64,000 nucleotides of DNA from Bacillota bacterium (GTDB lineage Bacteria; Bacillota; Clostridia; DUPQ01): NCBI GenBank assembly GCA_022706885.1, contig JAKJBR010000001.1, positions 18,104 through 82,103 on the forward strand. Reading direction: 5' to 3'. Below, piece after piece: positions 51,726-60,744 of the stretch. The translations under genes and the position numbers were made by a program. The notes under the pieces are model-generated. The model was not told the origin of the DNA and made no database searches. It saw only the letters and a list, made by a program, of their open reading frames with translations. Every line of letters begins with the position of its first letter. Positions within the stretch are counted from its first letter, which is position 1.

Positions 51726-52865
51726 ATGTTTGCAAAGATAATACAACTTGTTTTATTTTTCGGGATACCTTATGTGCTGTATAAGCTGGAACATAAAGTG
51801 AAACTTATAAAAACGGTCGGCCCGATTATTTTTTGTTATGCGATAGGAATAATATGGGCAAACAGCGGATTACCTCTGGATGCCGGATTATCGGATACCG
51901 TGTCATCGGTTCTTATACCCGTCGCAATAACTCTTATACTTTTTAACTCGGATTTTCTGACATTAAAGAAGAATGTAAAAAAAGCCGGACTGTCTTTTCT
52001 GATTTTAAGTGTTTCAGTAATGGTTGTAGCCGCTGTCAGTGTTTTGGTTTTTCCGAATGTTTTCGAAAAAGAAAAAATAGCCTCCATGCTGATAGGGTGC
52101 TATACCGGCGGTACTCCAAATCTGTTTGCGATAGGGTACGGACTGAATGCCGATAAAAACACCATCATCGTTGCCAATCTTGCGGACCAGGTACTGGGAG
52201 GAGTGTATTTTCTGTTTATATGCACATTGGCCAAACCCTTGTTGAACAAATTGAGCGGGCAGATATCCGTTGCAACGGAAAAGACCGATTATCAAAAAGA
52301 GGGTATTGTAGACAAAGCGGAAATACCGCTGAAAGAAAAGATAAAACAGGGAACAATAGCCATCCTGTTGGGAATAGCGGCACTCGGTGTAAGTATAGGG
52401 ATTTCTTTCCTGCTGACAAAAGAGGCTACCAACGTTGCTATAATCATGCTCGGAGTATCGGTTATCGGAGTGGCATTATCCTTTGTAAAGGGGGTAAGGC
52501 AAAACAAAGTATCCTATTCCATAGGGCAATACTTCATATATGTATTTTCATTGGCTGTCGGCTCCATGGCCAACCTGAAGCTTATACTGGGCCAGTCGGT
52601 GTATGTGTTAGGCATGGTGGCTTTTATACTTTTTGTAACAATGTTTTTGCACTTTATTATTTCACTGCTCTTTAAGATTGATACGGACACAATAATAATC
52701 ACATCGGTAGCGGGGATATTCGGGCCTGCGTTTATTATACCCACAGCCAAAGCCATAAAAAACGAAGGGGTTATACTTATAGGGATTGCGACCGGATTGT
52801 TGGGCTATGCGATAGGAAACTTCATGGGTTTCGGATTATATGAATTATTGAAACTTATTTACTAG
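51726..52865 (+). CDS. Polytopic membrane protein, DUF819-like
   Basis: The ATG at 51726 follows a GGGAGGGGG RBS. About 10 to 12 TM helices. The family assignment is tentative and made by eye. Confidence 0.5.
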   Translation: MFAKIIQLVLFFGIPYVLYKLEHKVKLIKTVGPIIFCYAIGIIWANSGLPLDAGLSDTVSSVLIPVAITLILFNSDFLTLKKNVKKAGLSFLILSVSVMVVAAVSVLVFPNVFEKEKIASMLIGCYTGGTPNLFAIGYGLNADKNTIIVANLADQVLGGVYFLFICTLAKPLLNKLSGQISVATEKTDYQKEGIVDKAEIPLKEKIKQGTIAILLGIAALGVSIGISFLLTKEATNVAIIMLGVSVIGVALSFVKGVRQNKVSYSIGQYFIYVFSLAVGSMANLKLILGQSVYVLGMVAFILFVTMFLHFIISLLFKIDTDTIIITSVAGIFGPAFIIPTAKAIKNEGVILIGIATGLLGYAIGNFMGFGLYELLKLIY

Positions 52866-52875
52866 AGGGAAGAAA

Positions 52876-54066
52876 ATGAGATTTAAAGATTTGGAAATAA
52901 AGGAACTTGTAAAAAACACATATCCGTGTGAGTGCGGACTTGTACATGATCCGAAAATGGAAAGGATAGAGATATCCGAGTACGGCATAGAAGAAGCAAT
53001 CAGGTTTATTCTTAACAAGGCAAAAGGCAGGATAATGGTAATTTCCGATGAGATTACTTTCGAAATTGCCGGCAGAACCGTTTTAGAGAAACTGAAGGAA
53101 ACAAAGAAAGATACTGTCCATTATATAATGCCTCAGAGAAACAATATCCCCGTTGTACCCGATGACGGCACCATAGGCGAGACATTGATAAGGATGCCTT
53201 TGGGAATAGACTTTTTTGTTGCCGTGGGAAGCGGAGTGGTCAATGATATCGTAAGAATTATCTCCTATCATTTAGCAAAAGAATATGCGGTAATCGGAAC
53301 CGCTCCTTCCATGGACGGATATGCTTCAACAACATCGTCACTGATAATAAACAACATAAAAGAAAGTTGTCAAGGACAGGTACCGACAGGTATTTTTGCC
53401 GACATAAATATACTGCAAAATGCTCCTTATATTATGCTTACGGCCGGCTTCGGGGATGTATTGTCAAAATACAATGCAGTCAGAGAATGGAGGTTTTCCA
53501 GAGACTTAAACAGGGAGCATTACTGTGAGGAAGTTGCAGGATTGGTTTGGAAAGCTGCGGACAAATGCGTTGCCAGCGCCTCTCTTTTGAAGAAAAGAGA
53601 TAAAAATGCGGTGGTCAATATTATGGAAGCACTTATCCTGTCCGGTATAGCAATGGGCATGTACAAAAATACCAGACCGGGTTCGGGATCGGAGCATCAT
53701 CTGGTGCATTATTGGGATATTGAGTTCATAAAAAGGGGATGGATTCATCCTTTACACGGCAATGCCGTAGGCGTGGCACTATGCGTGATTTGCAGACTGT
53801 ATGATTTGGTAAAAGCACAGCTATCCGTTGAAGTAACGGACTTGAATACTGAGAACATTGAGAATATCTTAAAGAATGCCGGTTGTGAAACAAACCCGAA
53901 GACTTTAGGTATTCCGAAGGATATTTTCCATGACAGTATCTTATACGGACACACAATGAGTTCTTCAAAGTACACCATTCTGACACACCTTAATAAATAT
54001 GATAAAGCACTATTGGAAAAGTGCGCACAAATACTTACAAAACAATATTACATTGACATCTTATGA
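52876..54066 (+). CDS. sn-glycerol-1-phosphate dehydrogenase-like (AraM/EgsA, iron-containing ADH superfamily)
   Basis: Motifs VAVGSGVVNDIVR, GTAPSMDGYAS and GSGSEHHLVHYWD, with an AGAGGGAAG RBS. Confidence 0.6.
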   Translation: MRFKDLEIKELVKNTYPCECGLVHDPKMERIEISEYGIEEAIRFILNKAKGRIMVISDEITFEIAGRTVLEKLKETKKDTVHYIMPQRNNIPVVPDDGTIGETLIRMPLGIDFFVAVGSGVVNDIVRIISYHLAKEYAVIGTAPSMDGYASTTSSLIINNIKESCQGQVPTGIFADINILQNAPYIMLTAGFGDVLSKYNAVREWRFSRDLNREHYCEEVAGLVWKAADKCVASASLLKKRDKNAVVNIMEALILSGIAMGMYKNTRPGSGSEHHLVHYWDIEFIKRGWIHPLHGNAVGVALCVICRLYDLVKAQLSVEVTDLNTENIENILKNAGCETNPKTLGIPKDIFHDSILYGHTMSSSKYTILTHLNKYDKALLEKCAQILTKQYYIDIL

Positions 54067-54094
54067 GACGATGTATAAAATATGACTTGCGTTT

Positions 54095-54185
54095 GGAGAG
54101 ATGGCTGAGCTGGTCGAAGGCGCACGACTGGAAATCGTGTTTACTAGGAATAGTAACCAGGGTTCGAATCCCTGTCTCTCCGCCA
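54095..54185 (+). tRNA. tRNA-Ser (anticodon GGA), CCA encoded
   Basis: Acceptor GGAGAGA pairs with TCTCTCC. The anticodon stem-loop is CACGACTGGAAATCGTG, the variable arm is long, and the T-loop is GGTTCGAATCC. Confidence 0.9.
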
Positions 54186-54312
54186 TAAAGGACATCGTTT
54201 CACGACTGAAAGGTGTCTTTTTGATATATCGCTTGGGTTTTTCCTTTTTTTCGCTTAGAAAGACAGAAAGGAAAGGCGATGGAGATTTTTGAACTTGAAT
54301 ATGGGAGCAAAT

Positions 54313-54624
54313 ATGGATTCTCGTAAATTTACAATGAAAGATGAGTCATTTGTTTGTGAAGCATGCGGCGCAAAGGTACATGCTCTCGGAGTTACTTCAA
54401 GAAATCATTGTCCCCGTTGTCTGTATTCCAAACATGTGGACAACAATCCCGGAGATCGTATGTGTGATTGTCACGGGTTGATGCAACCTATAGGCCTGGA
54501 GAAGTATAGGGATAGTTATAAAATAGTATTCAAGTGTCAAAGATGCGGAGTTGTTAAGAAGAATATTGTTGCAAAAGACGATAACACGGACAAAATTATC
54601 GAGTTATCTTCTAAACCTGTTTAA
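54313..54624 (+). CDS. RNHCP-domain zinc-ribbon protein
   Basis: The ATG at 54313 follows a GGGAG RBS. Cys pairs CEACG, RNHCPRCLYSKH, CDCHG and CQRCG. Confidence 0.7.
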   Translation: MDSRKFTMKDESFVCEACGAKVHALGVTSRNHCPRCLYSKHVDNNPGDRMCDCHGLMQPIGLEKYRDSYKIVFKCQRCGVVKKNIVAKDDNTDKIIELSSKPV

Positions 54625-54723
54625 TGTAGTTAGTCTTGTATAACAAGCTTTGTTTTTCATAATTAATTTACAAATTCCCATATACTATGGTATATTATTA
54701 TCCATTGATTAGAAAGGTATGTA

Positions 54724-56271
54724 ATGAGCAGAGAAAACAGGGAATTTATAAAACACAACAGAACCATACTTCTTGAAAAATTGAAGGAATCACTTTCTTC
54801 GGTTTTACCGGTTACGGCAGTTGTTTTTATACTTTGCTTTATATTTTTCCCGGCCGACAGCGGAATAATGCTGACTTTCATTATCGGTGCAGTGATGCTG
54901 ATTTTAGGAATGGGGCTGTTTACATTAGGTGCCGATATAGCCATGATGCCTATCGGAGAGCATGTCGGTTCGTCAATAACAAAATCACGAAAATTATGGT
55001 TGATTATTATTGCAAGCCTTATTATCGGAACTGCGGTAACCGTATCGGAACCCAGTCTTACCGTATTGGCACAACAGGTACCCGGAATACCGGATATGGT
55101 TTTGATATTGACGGTATCGCTCGGAGTGGGATTGTTTTTAACCTTCTCCATGTTAAGAGTTATTTTCAGAATTAAGCTGGCATATGTTCTGATGGGAGTG
55201 TATGCGGTAATATTCACATTATCGTTTTTTGCTCCTAAAGAATTCCTTTCGCTTGCTTTTGATTCGGGAGGAGCTTCTACCGGAGCCATGACCGTTCCGT
55301 TTCTTTTGGCTTTCGGGGCTGGTGCAGCTGCGGTAAGAAGCGATAAAGATGCGCATAGCGACAGTTTCGGATTTGTAGGATTAAGTGCGGCCGGACCTAT
55401 ATTAGCCGTATTGCTGTTAGGTATTTTATATAAACCCGGCAACACGACATATGAAGCAACCGCTCCGGTTAATCCAGGTAAAACAACGCAGATAACCCGA
55501 TTGTTCATAACGGAGATACCGGGGAAATTGGGTGAAGTGGCTTTGGCAATATTGCCTATAGTTGTATGTTTTCTCATTTTCCAACTGGCGGTTTTAAAGC
55601 TCAAAAAAGGACAGGTTATCAGAATTGTAGTAGGTCTTGTATACGCATATGTTGGGCTGGTTCTTTTCCTTACCGGAGCCAATGTAGGTTTTCTACAGAT
55701 GGGAAGTTTTTTAGGAAAAGCGCTGGGGAGTCTGCCGTACAATTGGATTGTCATTCCCATCGGCATGGTAATAGGATACTTCCTGGTTATTTCCGAACCG
55801 GCAGTTCATGTGTTAAGCAAACAGGTTGTGGAGTTGTCATCGGGAGCAATACCCAAGAAAGCAATTGCCACCAGTCTTTCAGTCGGGGTAGCCACATCGA
55901 TAGGGCTTTGCATGATTAAGATTTTAACAAGTGCGTCAATTTTATACTTTGTTATACCCGGATATGTTATCGGGTTGATATTGACATTTTTCGTACCGCC
56001 CGTCTTTACTTCAATAGCTATAGACTCGGGCGCCGTGTCATCCGGACCTATGGCCTCAACTTTTCTGGTACCTTTTGCAATAGGAGTATGTCTAAGTGTA
56101 GGTGGGAATATAATAGTAGATGCATTCGGAATAATAGCATTGGTTACAATGACGCCGTTTATAACGATACAAGTTCTCGGACTGTTCTACCGGTTCAAGT
56201 TAAAGGCCGCGGAAAGAGAACAGGAGATACAACAGAAATTAAAGAAAAAGGAAAGCATCATCAATTTTTGA
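54724..56271 (+). CDS. DUF1538-family polytopic membrane protein with two internal repeats (putative transporter)
   Basis: 515 aa. The two halves share motifs: GLFTLGADIAMMPIGEHVG with VLFLTGANVGFLQMGSFLG, VSEPSLTVLAQQV with ISEPAVHVLSKQV, and FDSGGASTGAMTVPF with IDSGAVSSGPMASTF. Confidence 0.7.
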   Translation: MSRENREFIKHNRTILLEKLKESLSSVLPVTAVVFILCFIFFPADSGIMLTFIIGAVMLILGMGLFTLGADIAMMPIGEHVGSSITKSRKLWLIIIASLIIGTAVTVSEPSLTVLAQQVPGIPDMVLILTVSLGVGLFLTFSMLRVIFRIKLAYVLMGVYAVIFTLSFFAPKEFLSLAFDSGGASTGAMTVPFLLAFGAGAAAVRSDKDAHSDSFGFVGLSAAGPILAVLLLGILYKPGNTTYEATAPVNPGKTTQITRLFITEIPGKLGEVALAILPIVVCFLIFQLAVLKLKKGQVIRIVVGLVYAYVGLVLFLTGANVGFLQMGSFLGKALGSLPYNWIVIPIGMVIGYFLVISEPAVHVLSKQVVELSSGAIPKKAIATSLSVGVATSIGLCMIKILTSASILYFVIPGYVIGLILTFFVPPVFTSIAIDSGAVSSGPMASTFLVPFAIGVCLSVGGNIIVDAFGIIALVTMTPFITIQVLGLFYRFKLKAAEREQEIQQKLKKKESIINF

Positions 56272-56284
56272 TGGCAGGTGTGAA

Positions 56285-56965
56285 ATGAGCAGTATCTTTT
56301 ATATGATAATAATTACAAAAAGAGAGTTTGAAGAGGCATACCTTAATTTCTTCAGGGAAAACGATGTACACATGGTATTGTCCGATTTATGCAGAGGAAC
56401 TGCGCAAAAGAAGACTCTGGATTATCTCGGAATAGAAAAAACAGAGAAAATAATGTTTCACATTTTCGTAGATAGTAATCGCAGAGAAAAAATATTAAGA
56501 AATCTTGTAAACCAGATGGAAATTGAAGTCGCCGGCAACGGTATAGCGCTTACAATACCTTTGGAAAGCATAGGGGGAGAGTCTTGCTTAAAGTATCTGA
56601 CTGAGGGACAGGAAATCGGCAAAAAAAAGGGAGAGAAGATGGAAAACTTAAAATACTCATTAATAATTGTTGTAGCGGACAGAGGAGCATCGGAAACCGT
56701 AATGGATGCTGCACGCAGTGCAAATGCAAAAGGCGGCACCGTAGTTTCGGCAAAAGAAACCGAAGTAAATGCAAAAGAAAGATTTTTCGGTGTTTCCATA
56801 GCGGAAGAAAAAGAAATGATATACATCCTTGCAAAGAAGCAGGAAAAAGATGAAATCATGAGTGCCATAATGACAAAAGCGGGTATAGGTACCGATGCCA
56901 ATGCAGCGGTATTCTCCGTTCCCGTAGACAGAATAGCGGGATTACGCAGCTTAATGACCGACTGA
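56285..56965 (+). CDS. Tandem PII-like (nitrogen regulatory protein P-II fold) protein
   Basis: 226 aa in two halves of about 100 aa, each with a beta-alpha-beta pattern resembling PII (FYMIIITKREFEEAYLNFF and YSLIIVVADRGASETVMDAA). It starts 14 nt after the DUF1538 gene. Confidence 0.6.
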   Translation: MSSIFYMIIITKREFEEAYLNFFRENDVHMVLSDLCRGTAQKKTLDYLGIEKTEKIMFHIFVDSNRREKILRNLVNQMEIEVAGNGIALTIPLESIGGESCLKYLTEGQEIGKKKGEKMENLKYSLIIVVADRGASETVMDAARSANAKGGTVVSAKETEVNAKERFFGVSIAEEKEMIYILAKKQEKDEIMSAIMTKAGIGTDANAAVFSVPVDRIAGLRSLMTD

Positions 56966-57060
56966 ACAACGGATATTCTATAAATAATTTCTCTTTCCGG
57001 AGTGTATTCAATTCATATCACGGCGATGTTGATATATAATATGTATCGGAGAGATTTTTT

Positions 57061-57747
57061 ATGTTTAATATATTAATAGTCGAAGACGATAAAAACTTAA
57101 GAAAGCTCATAGGGACGGTTCTTAAACAGAACGGTTTTAATGTACTCTACGCCAATGACGGAGAACAGGCTTTGGAAATTCTTGACAGCACAAAAGCCGA
57201 TCTTATCATATGTGACATAATGATGCCCAATATGGACGGATATGAACTGACGGAAAGTTTAAGGTGGTCCAATTACAATATGCCCATTCTCATGATAACC
57301 GCCAAAGAAACACTGGAGGACAAGAGGAAAGGGTTTCTGTCCGGTGCGGATGATTATATGGTAAAACCTATTAACACGGATGAAATGCTGCTGAGGGTTA
57401 ACGCTCTTTTAAGGAGGTCTAAAATAGCTACCGAACACAGAATAGAGGTCGGGGAAGTGGTTATCGATTATGACACATTGAGCGTACAGAGTGCTACCGA
57501 AAGAATAATTCTTCCTAAAAAAGAGTTTCTTTTGCTTTTTAAATTAATGAGTTACCCAAAAAAGATTTTTACGCGTCAGCAACTGATGGATGATATATGG
57601 GGACTGGACAGTGAAACGGATGAAAGAACCGTAGATGTCCATATAAAGAGACTGAGAGAAAAACTTGTGAATATAGAAGAATTTGAAATAGTCACCGTAA
57701 GGGGACTGGGTTACAAAGCGGAAAAGAAAAATGCAACTGAAGTCTAA
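57061..57747 (+). CDS. OmpR-family response regulator
   Basis: Receiver domain motifs ILIVEDD, DLIICDIMMPNMDG and ITAK, with a winged-helix C-terminus (VRGLGYK). Confidence 0.9.
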   Translation: MFNILIVEDDKNLRKLIGTVLKQNGFNVLYANDGEQALEILDSTKADLIICDIMMPNMDGYELTESLRWSNYNMPILMITAKETLEDKRKGFLSGADDYMVKPINTDEMLLRVNALLRRSKIATEHRIEVGEVVIDYDTLSVQSATERIILPKKEFLLLFKLMSYPKKIFTRQQLMDDIWGLDSETDERTVDVHIKRLREKLVNIEEFEIVTVRGLGYKAEKKNATEV

Positions 57748-59044
57748 ACTATCAATATTCCTGCTCGTCATCATTGTAGTAGCTTCCATGTTTGCGTATA
57801 TGGGAGCAATTCTGGTGTCCAATAAAAACTTTATAGAAACTATAAAAGAAAACCAGAGGTATGTGGCTGAAACCATTATATCGGCCAATAAAGAAACCGA
57901 CCTTCCTTTGGAAAGAATTATAGCCATAACTCATAATGCCCTTTATCCCGTTAAACTCACCAAAGACATAAAGGATCTTCGTTTGAGCAACACGGAAGAA
58001 GCATTACTGGAAAACGGAATCATTGTCTTCATAAAGCAAAGAGTAATACCGGTAGGGATATCCGTTGTGAAAACCGAGGAATATTACTTACGAGTGGGAT
58101 ACCAGCCGGAAAATAACCTGTTCAGAAACTATGCCATGTTGCTTGCGTATGCGTTTCTGTTCTCTATTATTGTGTTCATGCTGATAATCATGGGATTAAG
58201 CAATAAAGCAATGAAGCCCATAGTGCAACTTAATAATGCAACACAGGAAGTGGCCAGGGGTAATTTTGATGTCGTTGTGGTAAATGATTCTCAGGATGAG
58301 ATAGGACAGCTGACGGAAAGTTTCAATAAAATGGCAAAGGAACTTAAAAGTATCGAGTATCTGAGAAAGGATTTTGTGAGCAATGTTTCCCATGAGTTCA
58401 AGACGCCCATATCGTCGATTCTGGGATTTGCAAAGCTTTTGGAAAACCGGAATCTCACCGATGAAGAGAAAAAAGAATATCTGGATATAATTGTCGAGGA
58501 ATCCAAAAGGCTTTCCAATCTTTCCACCAATATATTGAACCTGTCCAAGCTGGAAAGTCAGGAGATAGTATTCAACAAATCGGAATACGACCTTGATGAA
58601 CAGATGCGAAATGTTATATTACTTTTGGAACCTAAATGGTATGAAAAAAACATCAGTTTTGATATAGAGATGGAAAACATATCTCTTCATGCAAATGAAG
58701 ATTTAATGCAGCAGGTATGGATAAATCTTCTGAATAATGCCATTACTTATTCCCATCCCAAAGGGGTTATACATATAAAGGTGTACAACGAGGAGGAACA
58801 GGCCGTAATAGTTATACGGGACGAAGGCATAGGAATGGACGAGTATACCAAAGAAAGAATGTTTGAAAAATTCTTTAAAGGCAACTCCTCGCTGTCAAAA
58901 GAAGGAACGGGATTAGGCCTGGCCCTCGTTAAGAGAATTATTGACCTTCATCACGGAACTATCGAAGTGGAGAGCCGACCGGGAGAGGGGACAAGAATAA
59001 AGCTGGCAATTCCCAATGAATTCAGAGGCTGGGAAAGATTATAG
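57731..59044 (+). CDS. Sensor histidine kinase (two TM helices, HAMP, HisKA, HATPase_c)
   Basis: H-box FVSNVSHEFKTP, N-box LLNNAITYS, G-boxes DEGIGM and GTGLGLALV. It overlaps the response-regulator gene by 17 nt. Confidence 0.9.
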   Translation: MQLKSKLSIFLLVIIVVASMFAYMGAILVSNKNFIETIKENQRYVAETIISANKETDLPLERIIAITHNALYPVKLTKDIKDLRLSNTEEALLENGIIVFIKQRVIPVGISVVKTEEYYLRVGYQPENNLFRNYAMLLAYAFLFSIIVFMLIIMGLSNKAMKPIVQLNNATQEVARGNFDVVVVNDSQDEIGQLTESFNKMAKELKSIEYLRKDFVSNVSHEFKTPISSILGFAKLLENRNLTDEEKKEYLDIIVEESKRLSNLSTNILNLSKLESQEIVFNKSEYDLDEQMRNVILLLEPKWYEKNISFDIEMENISLHANEDLMQQVWINLLNNAITYSHPKGVIHIKVYNEEEQAVIVIRDEGIGMDEYTKERMFEKFFKGNSSLSKEGTGLGLALVKRIIDLHHGTIEVESRPGEGTRIKLAIPNEFRGWERL

Positions 59045-59084
59045 AAACAAACATTAATATTTAATTAAAAGGAGTCTGAGAGTT

Positions 59085-59525
59085 TTACTGTCCGGAGTTT
59101 TCCTTATCCTTATACTTAAAAACAACATTCCGATTGAGCAGAAAACCGGTAACGGTGTAGAAAACCATCCCGATACCCACACCCAACCACTCCTTGAGAG
59201 ATAATAAATCAATAAGGAGATACTGTATAAGCTGCACGATGCCTAACAGGCAGGCACTTATTACAAAGAACAGAACAATCTGTCGGGTAACATTTTCATT
59301 GTCTTTTTTGAAAGTATATTTTCTGTTTAAAAAGAAGCTGGTAAGTATGCCTACTACATATCCGATGACAGTGTAAACATAATATTTAAGTCCCAGACGG
59401 CTCAGTAAAAAGAATATTCCCGTGGTTACGCCGGTATTAATAATACCGACAATACCGTATTTGAATAAAAGAAATAATTCTCGGAAAAGTCTGTTTTGCA
59501 TAAGCTTGTCGAATAAATTTTTCAT
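59085..59525 (-). CDS. GtrA-family membrane protein
   Basis: 146 aa with four TM helices. N-terminal FKYGIVGIINTGV and motif NRKYTFK are typical of GtrA. Confidence 0.8.
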   Translation of the reverse strand: MKNLFDKLMQNRLFRELFLLFKYGIVGIINTGVTTGIFFLLSRLGLKYYVYTVIGYVVGILTSFFLNRKYTFKKDNENVTRQIVLFFVISACLLGIVQLIQYLLIDLLSLKEWLGVGIGMVFYTVTGFLLNRNVVFKYKDKENSGQ

Positions 59526-59657
59526 ACGGTCATTATACTATAAAAAATACGGATTTTCAGTGAAATACAGCATATTACAGGTAAAACCCGTAACCGTTCA
59601 GACGCTAAGATATATCGGCCCTTTACGGAAGTACAGAAAACCGACATGTTAAATACA

Positions 59658-59686
59658 TTAACAAATAGAGCGGGATATGATAAAAT
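59658..59686 (+). promoter_or_regulatory. Candidate promoter upstream of tdh
   Basis: TTAACA, a 17-nt spacer, then TAAAAT, about 24 nt before the tdh ATG. Confidence 0.35.
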
Positions 59687-59709
59687 TAAACTGTTATTAA
59701 GGAGTATTT

Positions 59710-60741
59710 ATGAAAGCAATTATAAAGGCGGCAGCAGGAATGGGAAATGTGGAGCTTGTGCAGAGGCCTGTTCCCGAAATCAACGAAAACGAAGTTCTTA
59801 TCAAAATAAAAAAAGCGGGAATATGCGGAACCGATTATCACATATATAAATGGGATAAGTGGTCACAGAACAGAATCAAACCCCCGCTTATAATCGGCCA
59901 TGAGTTTGCCGGAGAGATAGTGGAGATAGGAAAATCGGTAAAAGGGTTTCATATAGGCCAGAGGGTGTCTGCAGAAGGACATATTACCTGTCAGAGGTGC
60001 AAACTTTGCAGAACCGGAAGAGGTCATATATGCGAAGATGTGGATATAATCGGAGTGGACATAGACGGTTGTTTTGCGGAATATATAAAGATGCCTGCAA
60101 TAAACGTATGGCCCTTGGACGACGAGGTTGCCGACAAATACGGAGCAATAATGGATCCTTTGGGTAATGCCATGCATACGGTAATGGCACAGCCCATATC
60201 GTCAAGAGATGTTCTCATAACCGGTGGCGGTTCCATAGGGTTGTTTGCAACTGCCATAGCAAGAAAGTGCGGAGCGGCCAGACTGGTTGTCAGCGAACCT
60301 CAGCCGTACAAAGCGGCGCTTGCAAAGAAGGCGGGAGCCGATGTGGTTATAAATCCTTTATCGGATAATCCCGAGCAACAGGTAATAGAAGCTTTCAACG
60401 GTAACCGACCGGAAGTTGTATTGGAAATGAGCGGTTTTCCGTCTGCATTCCAATTGGGACTGGAGGTAATAGAAAACGGCGGAGATATGGCCATATTGGG
60501 AATTCCGTCGGAAGAATTGAATATAAATATGGGCAAGTATGTTATTTTCAAGGGAATAACATTGAGAGGAATTAACGGAAGAAGGATGTTTGATACCTGG
60601 TACCAGTGTCAGAATTTTCTGAAGAGCAACTCCTCATTTATAGATCATGTAATAACCCATGAACTTCCCATGGAAGATGTTAATGAGGGATTCAGACTGA
60701 TGTCTGAGAGCAAAGCGGTAAAAGTAGTACTGGATTTTTAG
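59710..60741 (+). CDS. tdh: L-threonine 3-dehydrogenase (zinc-dependent MDR family)
   Basis: Motifs GICGTDYHIYKWD, GHEFAGEIVEIG and a CxxCxxC structural zinc site (CQRCKLCRTGRGHIC). Confidence 0.85.
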   Translation: MKAIIKAAAGMGNVELVQRPVPEINENEVLIKIKKAGICGTDYHIYKWDKWSQNRIKPPLIIGHEFAGEIVEIGKSVKGFHIGQRVSAEGHITCQRCKLCRTGRGHICEDVDIIGVDIDGCFAEYIKMPAINVWPLDDEVADKYGAIMDPLGNAMHTVMAQPISSRDVLITGGGSIGLFATAIARKCGAARLVVSEPQPYKAALAKKAGADVVINPLSDNPEQQVIEAFNGNRPEVVLEMSGFPSAFQLGLEVIENGGDMAILGIPSEELNINMGKYVIFKGITLRGINGRRMFDTWYQCQNFLKSNSSFIDHVITHELPMEDVNEGFRLMSESKAVKVVLDF

Positions 60742-60744
60742 AAG

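Noticed and set aside
54196-54215. parS-like sequence cgtttcacgactgaaa downstream of tRNA-Ser(GGA).
   Set aside because: - Only one half-site (GTTTCACG) matches.
- The second arm is not palindromic.
- It is more likely part of the post-tRNA hairpin.
54101-54292. 63-aa plus-strand ORF.
   Set aside because: It starts inside tRNA-Ser(GGA) and runs through its terminator region, so it is an artefact of the tRNA sequence.
54663-55766. 367-aa minus-strand ORF, the longest unexplained ORF in the track.
   Set aside because: - It is exactly antisense to the DUF1538 gene.
- Its sequence is Pro/Thr/Arg/Ser-rich low complexity with no RBS.
- The sense frame encodes a coherent, internally duplicated TM protein.
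- This is a typical shadow ORF.
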